Shown here in pieces: positions 1 through 9,785 of a stretch of DNA of 64,000 nucleotides (position 1 is its first letter; every line of letters begins with the position of its first letter). The notes below the pieces were generated by a model that was not told the DNA's origin, did not search any database, and saw only the letters and a program-made list of their open reading frames with translations. A program made the position numbers and the translations under genes. This stretch comes from Flavobacteriales bacterium. Lineage in GTDB: Bacteria; Bacteroidota; Bacteroidia; Palsa-965. The stretch covers positions 1 to 64,000 of the forward strand of contig JBEIPA010000005.1 of the NCBI GenBank assembly GCA_040377305.1. Reading direction: 5' to 3'.

Positions 1-2
1 GA

Positions 3-602
3 TCAGGAACAGGATATGATTTCGGATTCTCTGCAATAATTAACGATAAACACACAGCTGCATTTGCCATTACAGACATTGGCCAAATCACCTGGACTGA
101 AAATCTGCTTCAGGCGAATGACACGCTCATGCCGAGTCTCGATAGTACGAACACGGGCTTCGAGTCATGGGACATGAATTCACAAGCTTCGTTCTTCATG
201 GGCGATTTCTTCAGCTATGATCCGGGGCAGAGTTATGTAATCAATCTCCCGGGAAAGATGCGTATGGGCTATTCATTAAAAGTGAATGACAAGATCAAAG
301 TGGGTGTTGATGTCGTGGTGCCGTTGAACAAAACACTTTACAATATTCAATCACCATACATTGCTATGGGTGGAGAAGTGAAGCTTGGCAGTTTGATTCG
401 TGTTCATGCAGGATTTGCAGGCAACAAACAAATCGGCTGGAACGTTCCGGTTGGTTTGACACTTGGTCCACTCGGATTCTTCGAGCTTGGGTTGGCTACC
501 GGTGATGTACTCACGTATTTCGCGAAGACAGATAATCCAAACATTTCGTTTGCGATGGGCGTAGTTCGGTTCAACTTCGGAGAATTGGACACAGCGAAAT
601 AA
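3..602 (+). CDS. C-terminal part of an outer-membrane beta-barrel protein (DUF5723-like), truncated by window edge
   Basis: Frame open from nt 3 (SGTGYDFGFS...TDIGQITW); amphipathic beta strands ending VVRFNF. Confidence 0.65.
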   Translation, partial: SGTGYDFGFSAIINDKHTAAFAITDIGQITWTENLLQANDTLMPSLDSTNTGFESWDMNSQASFFMGDFFSYDPGQSYVINLPGKMRMGYSLKVNDKIKVGVDVVVPLNKTLYNIQSPYIAMGGEVKLGSLIRVHAGFAGNKQIGWNVPVGLTLGPLGFFELGLATGDVLTYFAKTDNPNISFAMGVVRFNFGELDTAK

Positions 603-603
603 C

Positions 604-1398
604 ATGTCGGTATACAAAGGAAAAGTTATTTGGATTACCGGCGCTTCATCAGGAATTGGTGAAGCACTTTCACAAGTTCTGTCGAAAGAAGGCGCCATTC
701 TTGTTCTTTCTGCGCGTCGCGAGAATGAATTGCAGCGCGTAGCAAAATCGTTAGGTGCGTCTGCTCAATCCATGATACTTCCGCTTGACCTTTCCGACAC
801 TTCGAATGTTGCCGCACTCGCAAAACAAGTTGCAGATAAATTCGGACGCATTGATGTGCTGATTAACAACGGAGGAATTTCTCAACGCTCACTCGCAAAA
901 GACACACCGCTTAACATCGACCGAAAGATCATGGAGGTGAATTATTTCGGTCAGATTGCATTAACGAAAGCGGTGTTGCCGTACATGCTCAAACAAAAGA
1001 GCGGACACATTGTCGCTATGAGCAGCATAGCCGGTAAATTCGGATTCTATTTGCGCACGGCATACTCCGCTTCCAAGCACGCACTTCACGGATTCTTTGA
1101 AGCCCTTCGCTTAGAGAATGAAGAAGCCGGAATCAAAGTCACCATTGCTGTTCCCGGAAAAATTCAAAGCAATATTTCCGTGAATGCATTGAAAGACGAC
1201 GGCACGAGTCACGGGAAGATGGATCAAAGCCAGGAAGAAGGAATGCCCGCTTTAGAATGTGCTCGCATTATTGTGAACGCGATGAAGAACAACAAAGAAG
1301 AAATTCTCGTAGGCAATAAAGAAATCAAAGCGGTGTGGATCAAAAGACATTTCCCGGGATTGTTTGGCAGGATAATCCGGAAACAAAAGCGAGAATAA
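604..1398 (+). CDS. SDR family oxidoreductase (DHRS7-like)
   Basis: TGASSGIG, INNGG and YSASK motifs. Confidence 0.93.
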   Translation: MSVYKGKVIWITGASSGIGEALSQVLSKEGAILVLSARRENELQRVAKSLGASAQSMILPLDLSDTSNVAALAKQVADKFGRIDVLINNGGISQRSLAKDTPLNIDRKIMEVNYFGQIALTKAVLPYMLKQKSGHIVAMSSIAGKFGFYLRTAYSASKHALHGFFEALRLENEEAGIKVTIAVPGKIQSNISVNALKDDGTSHGKMDQSQEEGMPALECARIIVNAMKNNKEEILVGNKEIKAVWIKRHFPGLFGRIIRKQKRE

Positions 1399-1449
1399 AA
1401 TCAGTGTCCATCCGCTGAATCCGCCCAATCTGCGTACCAATTTTTCAGT

Positions 1450-2031
1450 CTATTTACCCCAGTTCATAAAATGCACATGATAATCCTCCCGGATTTTCCA
1501 GTCGCCGTGCACTACAAAACCTTTCTTCTTGTACATCTCAACATTCTTCATCACAGAAGTCTCGAGGTAAACTGATTTTCCTTCTTTCTTCGCCGTCTCC
1601 TGAATGAATGCAATCATCTGCGAACCCAAACCTTTTCCTTGCGCTTCCGGAAGTGTACCGATCATGTTGAGATACAAATGAGAATCGGCAGGACGAAACG
1701 ATCTCACCTTCTTATCTTTTGCTGAAGCATACTTCATTTTCGACCATCCAATACAACGATGCACAAGTTGTATTTGCCGCCAGGTATCTGAAAAGTTGTT
1801 GGGATACTGAGTCGGATCGTACATGATCATCGCACCCAATCCATTGCTGGTGATGTAAACGCCTTTCTTTGCGAATCCGTTATCGACCAAATATTCCATG
1901 AGCGCCCGCATTTTCCGCGCGCGACTTCCACCAGGGGAAATTGTATCGTTCACAGCTGGATTTTCCTCGAAAGAAGCCGAAAGAATTTCAATCACACGTT
2001 CGCGATCTTCAGGTGTTGCCGGACGAATCAT
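1450..2031 (-). CDS. GNAT family N-acetyltransferase
   Basis: QGKGLGS acetyl-CoA motif, YLETS...YKKKGF; overlaps the ALDH stop. Confidence 0.88.
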   Translation of the reverse strand: MIRPATPEDRERVIEILSASFEENPAVNDTISPGGSRARKMRALMEYLVDNGFAKKGVYITSNGLGAMIMYDPTQYPNNFSDTWRQIQLVHRCIGWSKMKYASAKDKKVRSFRPADSHLYLNMIGTLPEAQGKGLGSQMIAFIQETAKKEGKSVYLETSVMKNVEMYKKKGFVVHGDWKIREDYHVHFMNWGK

Positions 2032-3440
2032 CTTACGAGAATGCGCGCTTCCAACATATCGTGAATGGCGTACTTCACTCCTTCTCTGCCGAGACCCGAG
2101 TCTTTAATACCACCATACGGCATGTGGTCTACACGGAAGGTTGGAACATCGTTGATGATGACGCCTCCGGTTTGAATATCATTGAAGGCTGTATCAACTT
2201 CGTGCATGTCGTTTGTGAATACGCCGGCTTGTAATCCGAAACGTGTATCATTGATCATTCGGACGGCGTCCGAAAAGTTGTCGAACGATTCTACAATCAC
2301 AACCGGCCCGAACACTTCCTCTCCACACACTTTCATTTTCGGATTAGTGTTCGTGAGCAGCGTAGGATGATAATAAGACTTATCGCGATAAGCTCCGCAC
2401 AGCACTTTCGCACCTGCGGCAACCGCTTCGTTCACCCATGCCTCTACTCGTTTCGCGTTGTCTTCGTCAATAAGCACACCAACATCGGTTGCATGGTCTT
2501 CGGGATTTCCATTCTTCAGTGCTTTCACCAACTCTGTGAATCGCTGAACGAAAGAACTGAAAAGTGAATTATGGACAAAGATGCGTTGTGCGTGAATACA
2601 GATTTGTCCAGAGTAAGCGAATCCTCCAACCAGACACTTCATCAGCGCCTGCTCAAGTTCGGCAGTACGCGCGACAATCACGCCGGCATTTCCGCCAAGT
2701 TCGAGCACAACTTTTTTCTTTCCCGCATTTTTCTTCATCTCCCAGCCAACTTCGGGCGAACCCGTGAACGACAACATTGCAAATCGATCGTCGGTAACCA
2801 GTTGATTTCCTGAAACGCGATCCATTGGCAATATTGAAACTGCACCCTTTGGCAATTCTGTTTCGTCAATGATGCGTGCAAGCTCCAGCGTGGAAAGTGG
2901 TGTGGAAGACGCCGGCTTCAAAATGATCGGACAACCTGCAGCTATTGCGGGAGCAATCTTATGTACTGCAAGATTCATTGGAAAGTTAAACGGAGCAATT
3001 CCCGCTACAAGTCCAACCGGAAAATATTTCACGAATCCCTCTTTGTGCTCACCAGCCGGAGTCCAGTCGAGAGAAATATATTCTTTCGGTAAACGTTTTG
3101 CTTCTTCGGCTGCAACAAGAAACGTTTGTGCAGCGCGGTCAATTTCTCCGATTGCATAACGCATAGGTTTCCCCGATTCACGACACAATACTGTTGCAAG
3201 ATGATGCCGGTCTGCAGTAATGCGCTCACTGATCTTTTTCAGAATGGTGTATCGCTTGTGGGAAGGCATATCCCGCAAAACCGCCTGAACGTTCTGCGCC
3301 GCCACGATACATTTCTCCAGCACTTTCTGGTCTGCCTGCCACGTACGCGCAATGATAGTTCCGTCGTGCGGGTTCTTCACTTCGAGTGTTTGAGCAGTAG
3401 TAATAAACTCACCGGCTGCATAGATTGGATACGACTGCAT
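2028..3440 (-). CDS. NAD(P)-dependent aldehyde dehydrogenase
   Basis: PFNFP, FTGS, LELGGN, GQICI, EEVFGP motifs. Confidence 0.95.
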   Translation of the reverse strand: MQSYPIYAAGEFITTAQTLEVKNPHDGTIIARTWQADQKVLEKCIVAAQNVQAVLRDMPSHKRYTILKKISERITADRHHLATVLCRESGKPMRYAIGEIDRAAQTFLVAAEEAKRLPKEYISLDWTPAGEHKEGFVKYFPVGLVAGIAPFNFPMNLAVHKIAPAIAAGCPIILKPASSTPLSTLELARIIDETELPKGAVSILPMDRVSGNQLVTDDRFAMLSFTGSPEVGWEMKKNAGKKKVVLELGGNAGVIVARTAELEQALMKCLVGGFAYSGQICIHAQRIFVHNSLFSSFVQRFTELVKALKNGNPEDHATDVGVLIDEDNAKRVEAWVNEAVAAGAKVLCGAYRDKSYYHPTLLTNTNPKMKVCGEEVFGPVVIVESFDNFSDAVRMINDTRFGLQAGVFTNDMHEVDTAFNDIQTGGVIINDVPTFRVDHMPYGGIKDSGLGREGVKYAIHDMLEARILVR

Positions 3441-3444
3441 ATAG

Positions 3445-3570
3445 CAAAAGTAGGCAGTTGGACCGTAGTGCAGTTGGCAGTCATTAAAAAAGTATCGTTA
3501 GCCATTACAACTATTTATAAATTATACATTGACTGCCTACTGCCCAACTGCCAACTGCCTACTATCTTTG
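3445..3570. promoter_or_regulatory. Divergent Bacteroidota -7 promoters (TAnnTTTG) with inverted heptamer repeat tracts
   Basis: TACTTTTG on minus strand (3452-3445) and TATCTTTG on plus strand (3563-3570), each 4 nt before a start codon; ACTGCC(A/T) repeats adjoin both. Confidence 0.7.
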
Positions 3571-3574
3571 CGCC

Positions 3575-4456
3575 GTGTCAAATAAATCTGCACTCAGCTG
3601 GGTCATTTTCATTGCACTCGCACTTACCTGGGGCAGTTCGTTCATCCTCATGAAGCGGGGAATGGATGCATTCTCGAGTAGCCAGGTTGCTGCACTGAGA
3701 ATTAGTTTTGCGTTCTTATTTCTGCTACCACTTGCATTCAAACACTATTCCAAAGAATTGTGGAGCAACTGGAAAGCTGCTGCCGGAATGGGAATCTTCG
3801 GCAATCTGATACCCGCGTTTCTTTTCACCAAAGCAGAAACGATGATCAGCTCGGCCTTAACGGGAATGTTGAATTCACTGACTCCGTTATTCACGCTGAT
3901 CACCGGACTCGTGATATTCAAAGTGCGCGTTACAAAAGTTCAGATCATTGGAATTGTAATCGGACTGCTTGCAACACTTGGACTGCTTCAGGTAAGTGGC
4001 GATAAAGAAAGTAGCACGAATATTATACTCGGTGGAGGGCTCGTTATTCTTGCGACCATCGGTTATGGATTCAGCGTGAACATCATTAAATCGAAGTTGA
4101 GTCACCTCAATCCAATCAGCGCAACCTTGCTGGCCATGAGTATCATCGGTCCGATTGCGATTACGTATCTATTCACAACCGACTTTATTCACGTGCTCCA
4201 AACGCATCCACAGGCAATGCGCAGTTTCGGTTTTGTTGCCATTCTTGGAGTTGTTGGGACGGCACTCAGCGTAATCGTGTACAATATTCTCATTCGTGAT
4301 GCAGGAGTTCTATTCGCAGCATCGGTAACTTACGCAATTCCAATCGTTGCTATGCTCTGGGGCTTGTTCGACCATGAACATGTAACGTGGATGCACGCAC
4401 TTTTCATTCTGGGAATTCTCTCGGGCGTGTGGATGGTGAATAAAAAAAATAGCTGA
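3575..4456 (+). CDS. DMT/EamA family transporter
   Basis: About 10 hydrophobic helices in two repeats, WGSSF motif. Confidence 0.9.
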   Translation: MSNKSALSWVIFIALALTWGSSFILMKRGMDAFSSSQVAALRISFAFLFLLPLAFKHYSKELWSNWKAAAGMGIFGNLIPAFLFTKAETMISSALTGMLNSLTPLFTLITGLVIFKVRVTKVQIIGIVIGLLATLGLLQVSGDKESSTNIILGGGLVILATIGYGFSVNIIKSKLSHLNPISATLLAMSIIGPIAITYLFTTDFIHVLQTHPQAMRSFGFVAILGVVGTALSVIVYNILIRDAGVLFAASVTYAIPIVAMLWGLFDHEHVTWMHALFILGILSGVWMVNKKNS

Positions 4457-4459
4457 TAG

Positions 4460-5182
4460 CTATCTAACGCCGTGCACTTCTTCAACAATGAGCGACCGTT
4501 GAATACTCCTGCCATCCATCGCCATGCGAATCTGGAATGTGCCGCTGAGCTCTACGCCTTTTATGGAAGGTGAATTCAGATTCACGGAATCGTTTAAAGC
4601 CTGCAGATCGCGAAATGCAGAGATTTTCAGAATAGGAAGTGTGTCACCATCTGAATCAAGGAAGCTTGCGTTTGAATTGTTGTCGGTGAACAAAACTTTT
4701 CCGCAAACCAGCACGGTTGAGTTACGCATATCATTGTCCTTCTTCTGTCGGAAATGCTGCAATCCTGTATCTGCAATCATGGAATCGCTATTCAGTGTAA
4801 TCAGACTCCAATCGCCTTTAAACTTAAATTCCTTTTGCCGGCGACCAGACCATGTGCGCATGTACTTACCCGTGTCTGTATCCAGTACCTTCCATGTGCC
4901 GTTGACAATGGTGGTGTCTTCTTCACCGGTGTGACGCATATAAACATGTGTCATTTTGAAATTGCCGGTGTCGGCGCGTTTCATATTGAAGAATGTATAA
5001 GTAATGCGCAACCCTTCACCTTTGTCATCTGGCAATGCGATCGTGTAAGAAGTACTGATGGAGTCCTCGTAAAGATTTTCGGCCTTCGTTGATGTGTCGG
5101 CCACAGGTTTCGGTCCGCACGAAACAATCAACGCGCAAAATAAAATGCACACCAAGGCGAGACTATGAATCTGGGGTTTCAC
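4460..5182 (-). CDS. Hypothetical lipoprotein (possibly NlpE-like N-terminal domain)
   Basis: Lipobox LIVSC; beta-rich body with GTW motif. Confidence 0.6.
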   Translation of the reverse strand: MKPQIHSLALVCILFCALIVSCGPKPVADTSTKAENLYEDSISTSYTIALPDDKGEGLRITYTFFNMKRADTGNFKMTHVYMRHTGEEDTTIVNGTWKVLDTDTGKYMRTWSGRRQKEFKFKGDWSLITLNSDSMIADTGLQHFRQKKDNDMRNSTVLVCGKVLFTDNNSNASFLDSDGDTLPILKISAFRDLQALNDSVNLNSPSIKGVELSGTFQIRMAMDGRSIQRSLIVEEVHGVR

Positions 5183-5277
5183 GTAAAGTAAATGTACTTG
5201 AGAGTTAGCGGTATTCCATAAATCAGACGCTATTTAATGTGAATGAAATCTAACTTTGCGTTCAAATCTGCATTTTC

Positions 5278-5952
5278 TTGAAGCTACCCATTTTAAAAGC
5301 CGAATATTCTACTGCAGCAACGATTACTTCCGTCGTTGCGGGAATTCTTTGTCTCGCCTGGCTGTACTTCCGATTACCGGGATTCGAGTATTCAACCGCC
5401 GGATTTCTTCTATTTCTCACATTGATGCTTTTTCTCTTTAGTAGTGAAGCTTCCCGTCCAACGAACCAATTTATTGCTTTGGTATTCGTTGTAGGCACCG
5501 GAATCATTCTCATCGCCGCACGCTTTGATCTAATCATGAATGGAATCTCATACGGCCCCTCATTGATGCCTGTGAATGATCAGCTCGGAGTTTTGAGTGG
5601 ATTGCTGTGGCTAATACCATTGCTGACATCCTTGCGACTGTCCGAAAAACTATCAGACAATGTTTACCTGCGTTCACTTTTCGGTGCACTGTTCGTTCTG
5701 GCTCCAACCTTGTTTATGCTCATGAGTTCCGATTCCCAAATGCTGATATTCTGGGATGACTATTCCGTTTCTGCAAAAGCAATAATCATCTGGTTTGTTG
5801 GCGCCTTCTTTTTCCACTTTGCTGCGAACCAAATGGAAGTTCAGAAAAGCAATCCAATTGCCGCAAAGCTGTATTTCGTTTATCTCGGTTTTTTCGTGGC
5901 GGCAGAAGTGCTCAAGCTGATGTTTTTCCAGATCGGGTGTATTACCCGTTGA
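5278..5952 (+). CDS. Integral membrane protein, divergent CruF/DUF422 carotenoid-biosynthesis-like
   Basis: About 7 TM helices; YGPSL...GLLW segment resembles the family. Confidence 0.45.
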   Translation: MKLPILKAEYSTAATITSVVAGILCLAWLYFRLPGFEYSTAGFLLFLTLMLFLFSSEASRPTNQFIALVFVVGTGIILIAARFDLIMNGISYGPSLMPVNDQLGVLSGLLWLIPLLTSLRLSEKLSDNVYLRSLFGALFVLAPTLFMLMSSDSQMLIFWDDYSVSAKAIIIWFVGAFFFHFAANQMEVQKSNPIAAKLYFVYLGFFVAAEVLKLMFFQIGCITR

Positions 5953-5970
5953 AGGCTGTGAGATAAACGT

Positions 5971-7374
5971 TTGAAAACGGGTATTCCCGAAAGACGTAAT
6001 GTATCTTTGGGCGTGACCTCGAATTCTTACATCCGCCTTTCCGAGTTGCTCACTTATGTTGATGATGCCTTGCGCACAACATTGGGTGAACGCACGTGGT
6101 GGATAATTGCCGAAATAAAAGAACGCAATGAACGAGGAGAATACATTTACTTCGAGCTCGCGGAAAAAGCAGACACCGGAGAAGATCTCGTTGCCAGAAT
6201 TCGCGCGAGTGTGTGGAGAAGAGAAGCAGTTGCGGCTTTCAGAAATTTCGAAGACATCACCGGGAAGCGTCCGGATAAAGGAATGCAGGTTCTTGTGCGC
6301 GCAGGCGTAACATTTCATCCTGTGCACGGATTAGCACTGCAATTATTCGACATCGATTCTCAACACATGTTGGGGCAGCTCGAATTGCAGAGACGACAAA
6401 CCATTGCACAACTCGCTACGCATCCCGACATTCGTTACCACGACGGGAAATTTGAAACGCCGAATCAACGAGCAGAATTTCCGGCGGTCGTGCAAAATAT
6501 TGCTGTGATAACTTCGGCGTCTGCAGCGGGCTATCAGGATTTTGCTGATTCACTCAAGAACAATCCTTTCGGCTACCGATACGCGGTGCGACCGTATTTT
6601 TCAATTGTTCAGGGAGATAAAGCTGCTGAGTCCATGCGCGATCAGTTGCTTGCTGTTTACAAAGACATGCAGGATGGTAAACCAACTGATGTTGTTGTCC
6701 TCATTCGCGGTGGTGGTGCACAAAGCGATTTACTTCCGTTTGATCAGTTTCGTCTCGCAATTGCACTCGCACGTTTTCCGATTCCGGTTATTGCTGGAAT
6801 TGGTCACCTGAAAAACGAAAGTGTTGCCGACATGGTAGTTCACACCTCGGTGAAAACACCAACACAAGCAGCTGAATTTCTGATAGACCACAATCGGGAA
6901 TTCGAAGAAGATGTAGAAGCGGCGCGCGAAATGATCATACTGAAAGCGCAAGCTATGATGGCCACTGCAAATCGAAAACTCGATCATGCCGGAGCAAAAA
7001 TCAACAGCGGGGCAATCACATTGGTTCATACGCGCACCCGTCACCTCGAGCGTGTAAGAGACAATTTACGCGCAGCAACTATGGAACGCTTGTCGGAATC
7101 GAACAGTGAACTTACCGAGCGACGTTTAAAGCTGGCTTCAGCGAGCGAGAAGTTTTTCTATCTGAAAAAACATCACCTCGACAAACTGGAAGACAAGATG
7201 CGCCTGCTCGATCCTATGCTCGTGCTTAAGCGAGGATATACGATGCTCACGAAGAACGGTGAAGTGATCAGTTCATCAAAAAAACTGAGCAAGGGCGATA
7301 AAATTGATCTCGTTTTTTCAGACGGAAAAGCGAGTGCAGAAATTCAAGACATAAAATCAGAGAACAATGGCTAA
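5971..7374 (+). CDS. xseA: Exodeoxyribonuclease VII large subunit
   Basis: OB fold, IRGGG, GIGH...DMV, TPTQAAE, LKRGY motifs; followed by xseB. Confidence 0.95.
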   Translation: MKTGIPERRNVSLGVTSNSYIRLSELLTYVDDALRTTLGERTWWIIAEIKERNERGEYIYFELAEKADTGEDLVARIRASVWRREAVAAFRNFEDITGKRPDKGMQVLVRAGVTFHPVHGLALQLFDIDSQHMLGQLELQRRQTIAQLATHPDIRYHDGKFETPNQRAEFPAVVQNIAVITSASAAGYQDFADSLKNNPFGYRYAVRPYFSIVQGDKAAESMRDQLLAVYKDMQDGKPTDVVVLIRGGGAQSDLLPFDQFRLAIALARFPIPVIAGIGHLKNESVADMVVHTSVKTPTQAAEFLIDHNREFEEDVEAAREMIILKAQAMMATANRKLDHAGAKINSGAITLVHTRTRHLERVRDNLRAATMERLSESNSELTERRLKLASASEKFFYLKKHHLDKLEDKMRLLDPMLVLKRGYTMLTKNGEVISSSKKLSKGDKIDLVFSDGKASAEIQDIKSENNG

Positions 7375-7570
7375 GGACATCTCCTATTCCGACGCGCTGA
7401 ACGAATTGAACGAAATTGCGCGTGAAATCGAAAACGAATCAATTGCGGTTGATGAATTGACGAAAAAACTCAAACGGGCTTCGGAGTTGATTTCGCTGTG
7501 CCGTGCAAAGCTCCGTCTCACTGAGGAGGAGGTGAAAAAAATCATTGGAGAAATGGGCGAGACGGTGTGA
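7367..7570 (+). CDS. xseB: Exodeoxyribonuclease VII small subunit
   Basis: SYSDALNEL...LCRAKL pattern, overlaps xseA. Confidence 0.93.
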   Translation: MAKDISYSDALNELNEIAREIENESIAVDELTKKLKRASELISLCRAKLRLTEEEVKKIIGEMGETV

Positions 7571-7662
7571 GTTTGATCATCGCCGGGATTTTTTATTGCA
7601 ATTGCTCCCGCAAGGAGAAATAATTTTTACATTTGCGCCCTCCTTGGCAACAAGGCTTGTGG

Positions 7663-7735
7663 GGTTCGGTAGCTCAGTTGGTAGAGCAACAGACTGAAAA
7701 TCTGTGTGTCGCCGGTTCAATTCCGGCCCGAACCA
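7663..7735 (+). tRNA. tRNA-Phe (GAA)
   Basis: Acceptor stem GGTTCGG/CCGAACC, anticodon loop CT-GAA-AA, T loop GGTTCAATTCC; CCA not encoded; TACATTTG promoter at 7628-7635. Confidence 0.97.
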
Positions 7736-7738
7736 CAA

Positions 7739-7772
7739 ACAAAGGATCGCTTTTAGCGATCCTTTGTCGTTT
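7739..7772 (+). terminator. Intrinsic terminator after tRNA-Phe
   Basis: ACAAAGGATCGCT-ttt-AGCGATCCTTTGT hairpin. Confidence 0.8.
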
Positions 7773-8060
7773 ATAGTACTTGATGAAGTACACTTCGCAA
7801 AGCCGGTCTCAAAAGTCGATTGAACCGCGCGAAGGCTCCGGAAGTTTAACCTTTTGAGGCTTAAACCTTCAAATCTCCCCGTTTCTGCACCTTTTGTTGA
7901 TGTTATGTTGAAAGTCGAAAAAGCAGTTCAATTCGCTGAATATCAGCGCAATGACACCATTATGACATATAAAGTCCTTAAAATTTGACTTGATTTCGCA
8001 TCTTTTTTTTATAAATTGTACTTCGAATTCAACGTACTCTATCTACAAAAATTCACAACT

Positions 8061-8234
8061 ATGGAAAAATACAACGCTATTCTCGATTTGATGAAAAGTC
8101 TTGAACCCGATTTTGAAAAGTTTTTTGTGAAAGGCAACAAAGCTGCTGGTACTCGTATCAGAAAAGGAATGCAGGATCTGAAAGCACTTGCTCAGGATGT
8201 TCGCGTTTCCGTTCAAGAGAAGAAGACGGAGTAA
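8061..8234 (+). CDS. Histone H1-like (Hc1-type) small nucleoid protein
   Basis: KFFVKGNKAAGTRIRKGMQDLK signature; ATG at 8061 preferred to the upstream TTG. Confidence 0.85.
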   Translation: MEKYNAILDLMKSLEPDFEKFFVKGNKAAGTRIRKGMQDLKALAQDVRVSVQEKKTE

Positions 8235-8288
8235 ATTTTCTTAGAATTTAATTTTCCACGTAGCTAAATGCGTGGTTCTATCATATTT

Positions 8289-8315
8289 ACGTCCCGGTTA
8301 TGCGGGACGTTTTTT
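8289..8315 (+). terminator. Intrinsic terminator
   Basis: ACGTCCCG/CGGGACGT stem followed by a T run. Confidence 0.75.
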
Positions 8316-8377
8316 ATTTTGACAATGTTACGTACGCGCGTTTGGCAATTCCCGGAAAAATCAGACTGCGTTAAATC

Positions 8378-8941
8378 CTACTCTATCTTCTTCCCGCCAA
8401 ACGGATAATTGTTCATAATCCTTCGCAGAATTTCTACTGCACGTTTAGCGCGTGTCTCCGGAAGTTTTCCGCTATTTACCCAGTACGCCATGTTGCGTTT
8501 CATTCCGGGAGTCATTTTCTCAAACTTGCGAACGGCTTCAGGCTCCATTTCGATTGCAATGGTCAACTCTTCAGGAATCTCAACATCATCGGGTGCGGGA
8601 TTGCGATAAATTTCAATCACCACTTTTTTTCCTTCTTCTGCTTTCGTTTTCTTTCGCACTTCCGTTCCCATCACAAGATCGTGTCCACCTTCTCCATTTG
8701 GAATGAGCGCACGGTCAACTTCAATTCCGTTCATGGTTCCTAACACACGCACTCGTCCTCTTGCACCGAAGAATTTTGAAACGTGCGCAGGCACAGGGAT
8801 ATAATGTCCGCCACCCATTTTATCCCGCTTCTCAAGAATTCCTTCAAAACGAATCGAATCTTCTTTCTTCGGTTTTGATTTCGCAGCTGGTTTTGCCTTC
8901 TTCGATGATGATTTTTTTGCCGGTGCTTTTTTCTTCGCCAT
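8378..8941 (-). CDS. DUF1905 + YdeI/OmpD-associated domain protein with Lys-rich N-terminal tail
   Basis: GRVRVLGTMNG; C-terminal F..MTPG...AK.PETRAKR-like motif. Confidence 0.8.
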   Translation of the reverse strand: MAKKKAPAKKSSSKKAKPAAKSKPKKEDSIRFEGILEKRDKMGGGHYIPVPAHVSKFFGARGRVRVLGTMNGIEVDRALIPNGEGGHDLVMGTEVRKKTKAEEGKKVVIEIYRNPAPDDVEIPEELTIAIEMEPEAVRKFEKMTPGMKRNMAYWVNSGKLPETRAKRAVEILRRIMNNYPFGGKKIE

Positions 8942-9044
8942 GATTAAAGGCTAAGTTAACACAGTTTGCATTTTTTCACGCTTCTTGCTCCCCGACGGCC
9001 AACTGCTCAACTGCTTACTGCCTACTGTTACTTACATTTGTCGA

Positions 9045-9785
9045 ATGCAAAACCTGGTCATCGACCGCGGAAATCACAGCACGAAAGCATACATTTTTTC
9101 GGAAGAGAAATTGGTGAGTTGTACTGTATACACGCAGGAACAGGAAAGTGAATTGCTGAAGTACGTGAGCGAACAAACTGCTGATCACGCAATCTTGTGT
9201 TCGGTGCAAGCCAACGATGAGCAATTGTTAAATGAGCTGCAGAAGAAAAAGATCTTCGTTCATTTCACGTATAAAACTCCAACTCCGCTCAAGCTGTCGT
9301 ATGCAACACCGGAAACGTTAGGTCCCGATCGTATTGCGGCTGCTTTGGGCGGCTGGCAACTTTTGGGAGGTGGTAGCGTCTTGATCGTGGTGGCAGGAAC
9401 TTGCATTACATATAACGTAGTCGAAGCAAGCGGGGCGTTCGTTGGCGGTGCAATATCTCCTGGACTCAACATGCGTCTGAAAGCAATGCACGAATTCACC
9501 GGAAAACTTCCCCTTGTTCGAATGAAAGGTGACTTCCCGCTCACTGCAAATACGACTGAATCATCAATCCGAAGCGGTGCACTCAATGGAGCCGTTCGTG
9601 AAGTGGGTGGAATGATTGCTTCTTACGGAGCACTCTATCCTTCACTGAAAACAGTGATTTCCGGCGGAGACGGTGTGTTTTTGGCAGAAGCCTTGAAAAA
9701 TGGCATCTTTGCACGCCCTGAGCTGGTAGCTGAAGGACTTAATACAATCTTGAATTATAATGTGGCAAATCGCCTTGCGAGGTAA
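9045..9785 (+). CDS. coaX: Type III pantothenate kinase
   Basis: IDRGNHSTK, LGPDR, GTCIT, GGAISPG motifs; ATG at 9045. Confidence 0.92.
   Translation: MQNLVIDRGNHSTKAYIFSEEKLVSCTVYTQEQESELLKYVSEQTADHAILCSVQANDEQLLNELQKKKIFVHFTYKTPTPLKLSYATPETLGPDRIAAALGGWQLLGGGSVLIVVAGTCITYNVVEASGAFVGGAISPGLNMRLKAMHEFTGKLPLVRMKGDFPLTANTTESSIRSGALNGAVREVGGMIASYGALYPSLKTVISGGDGVFLAEALKNGIFARPELVAEGLNTILNYNVANRLAR

Noticed and set aside
7663-8060. tRNA-Phe as an integration site
   Set aside because: No integrase and no duplicated tRNA 3' end seen; housekeeping genes follow
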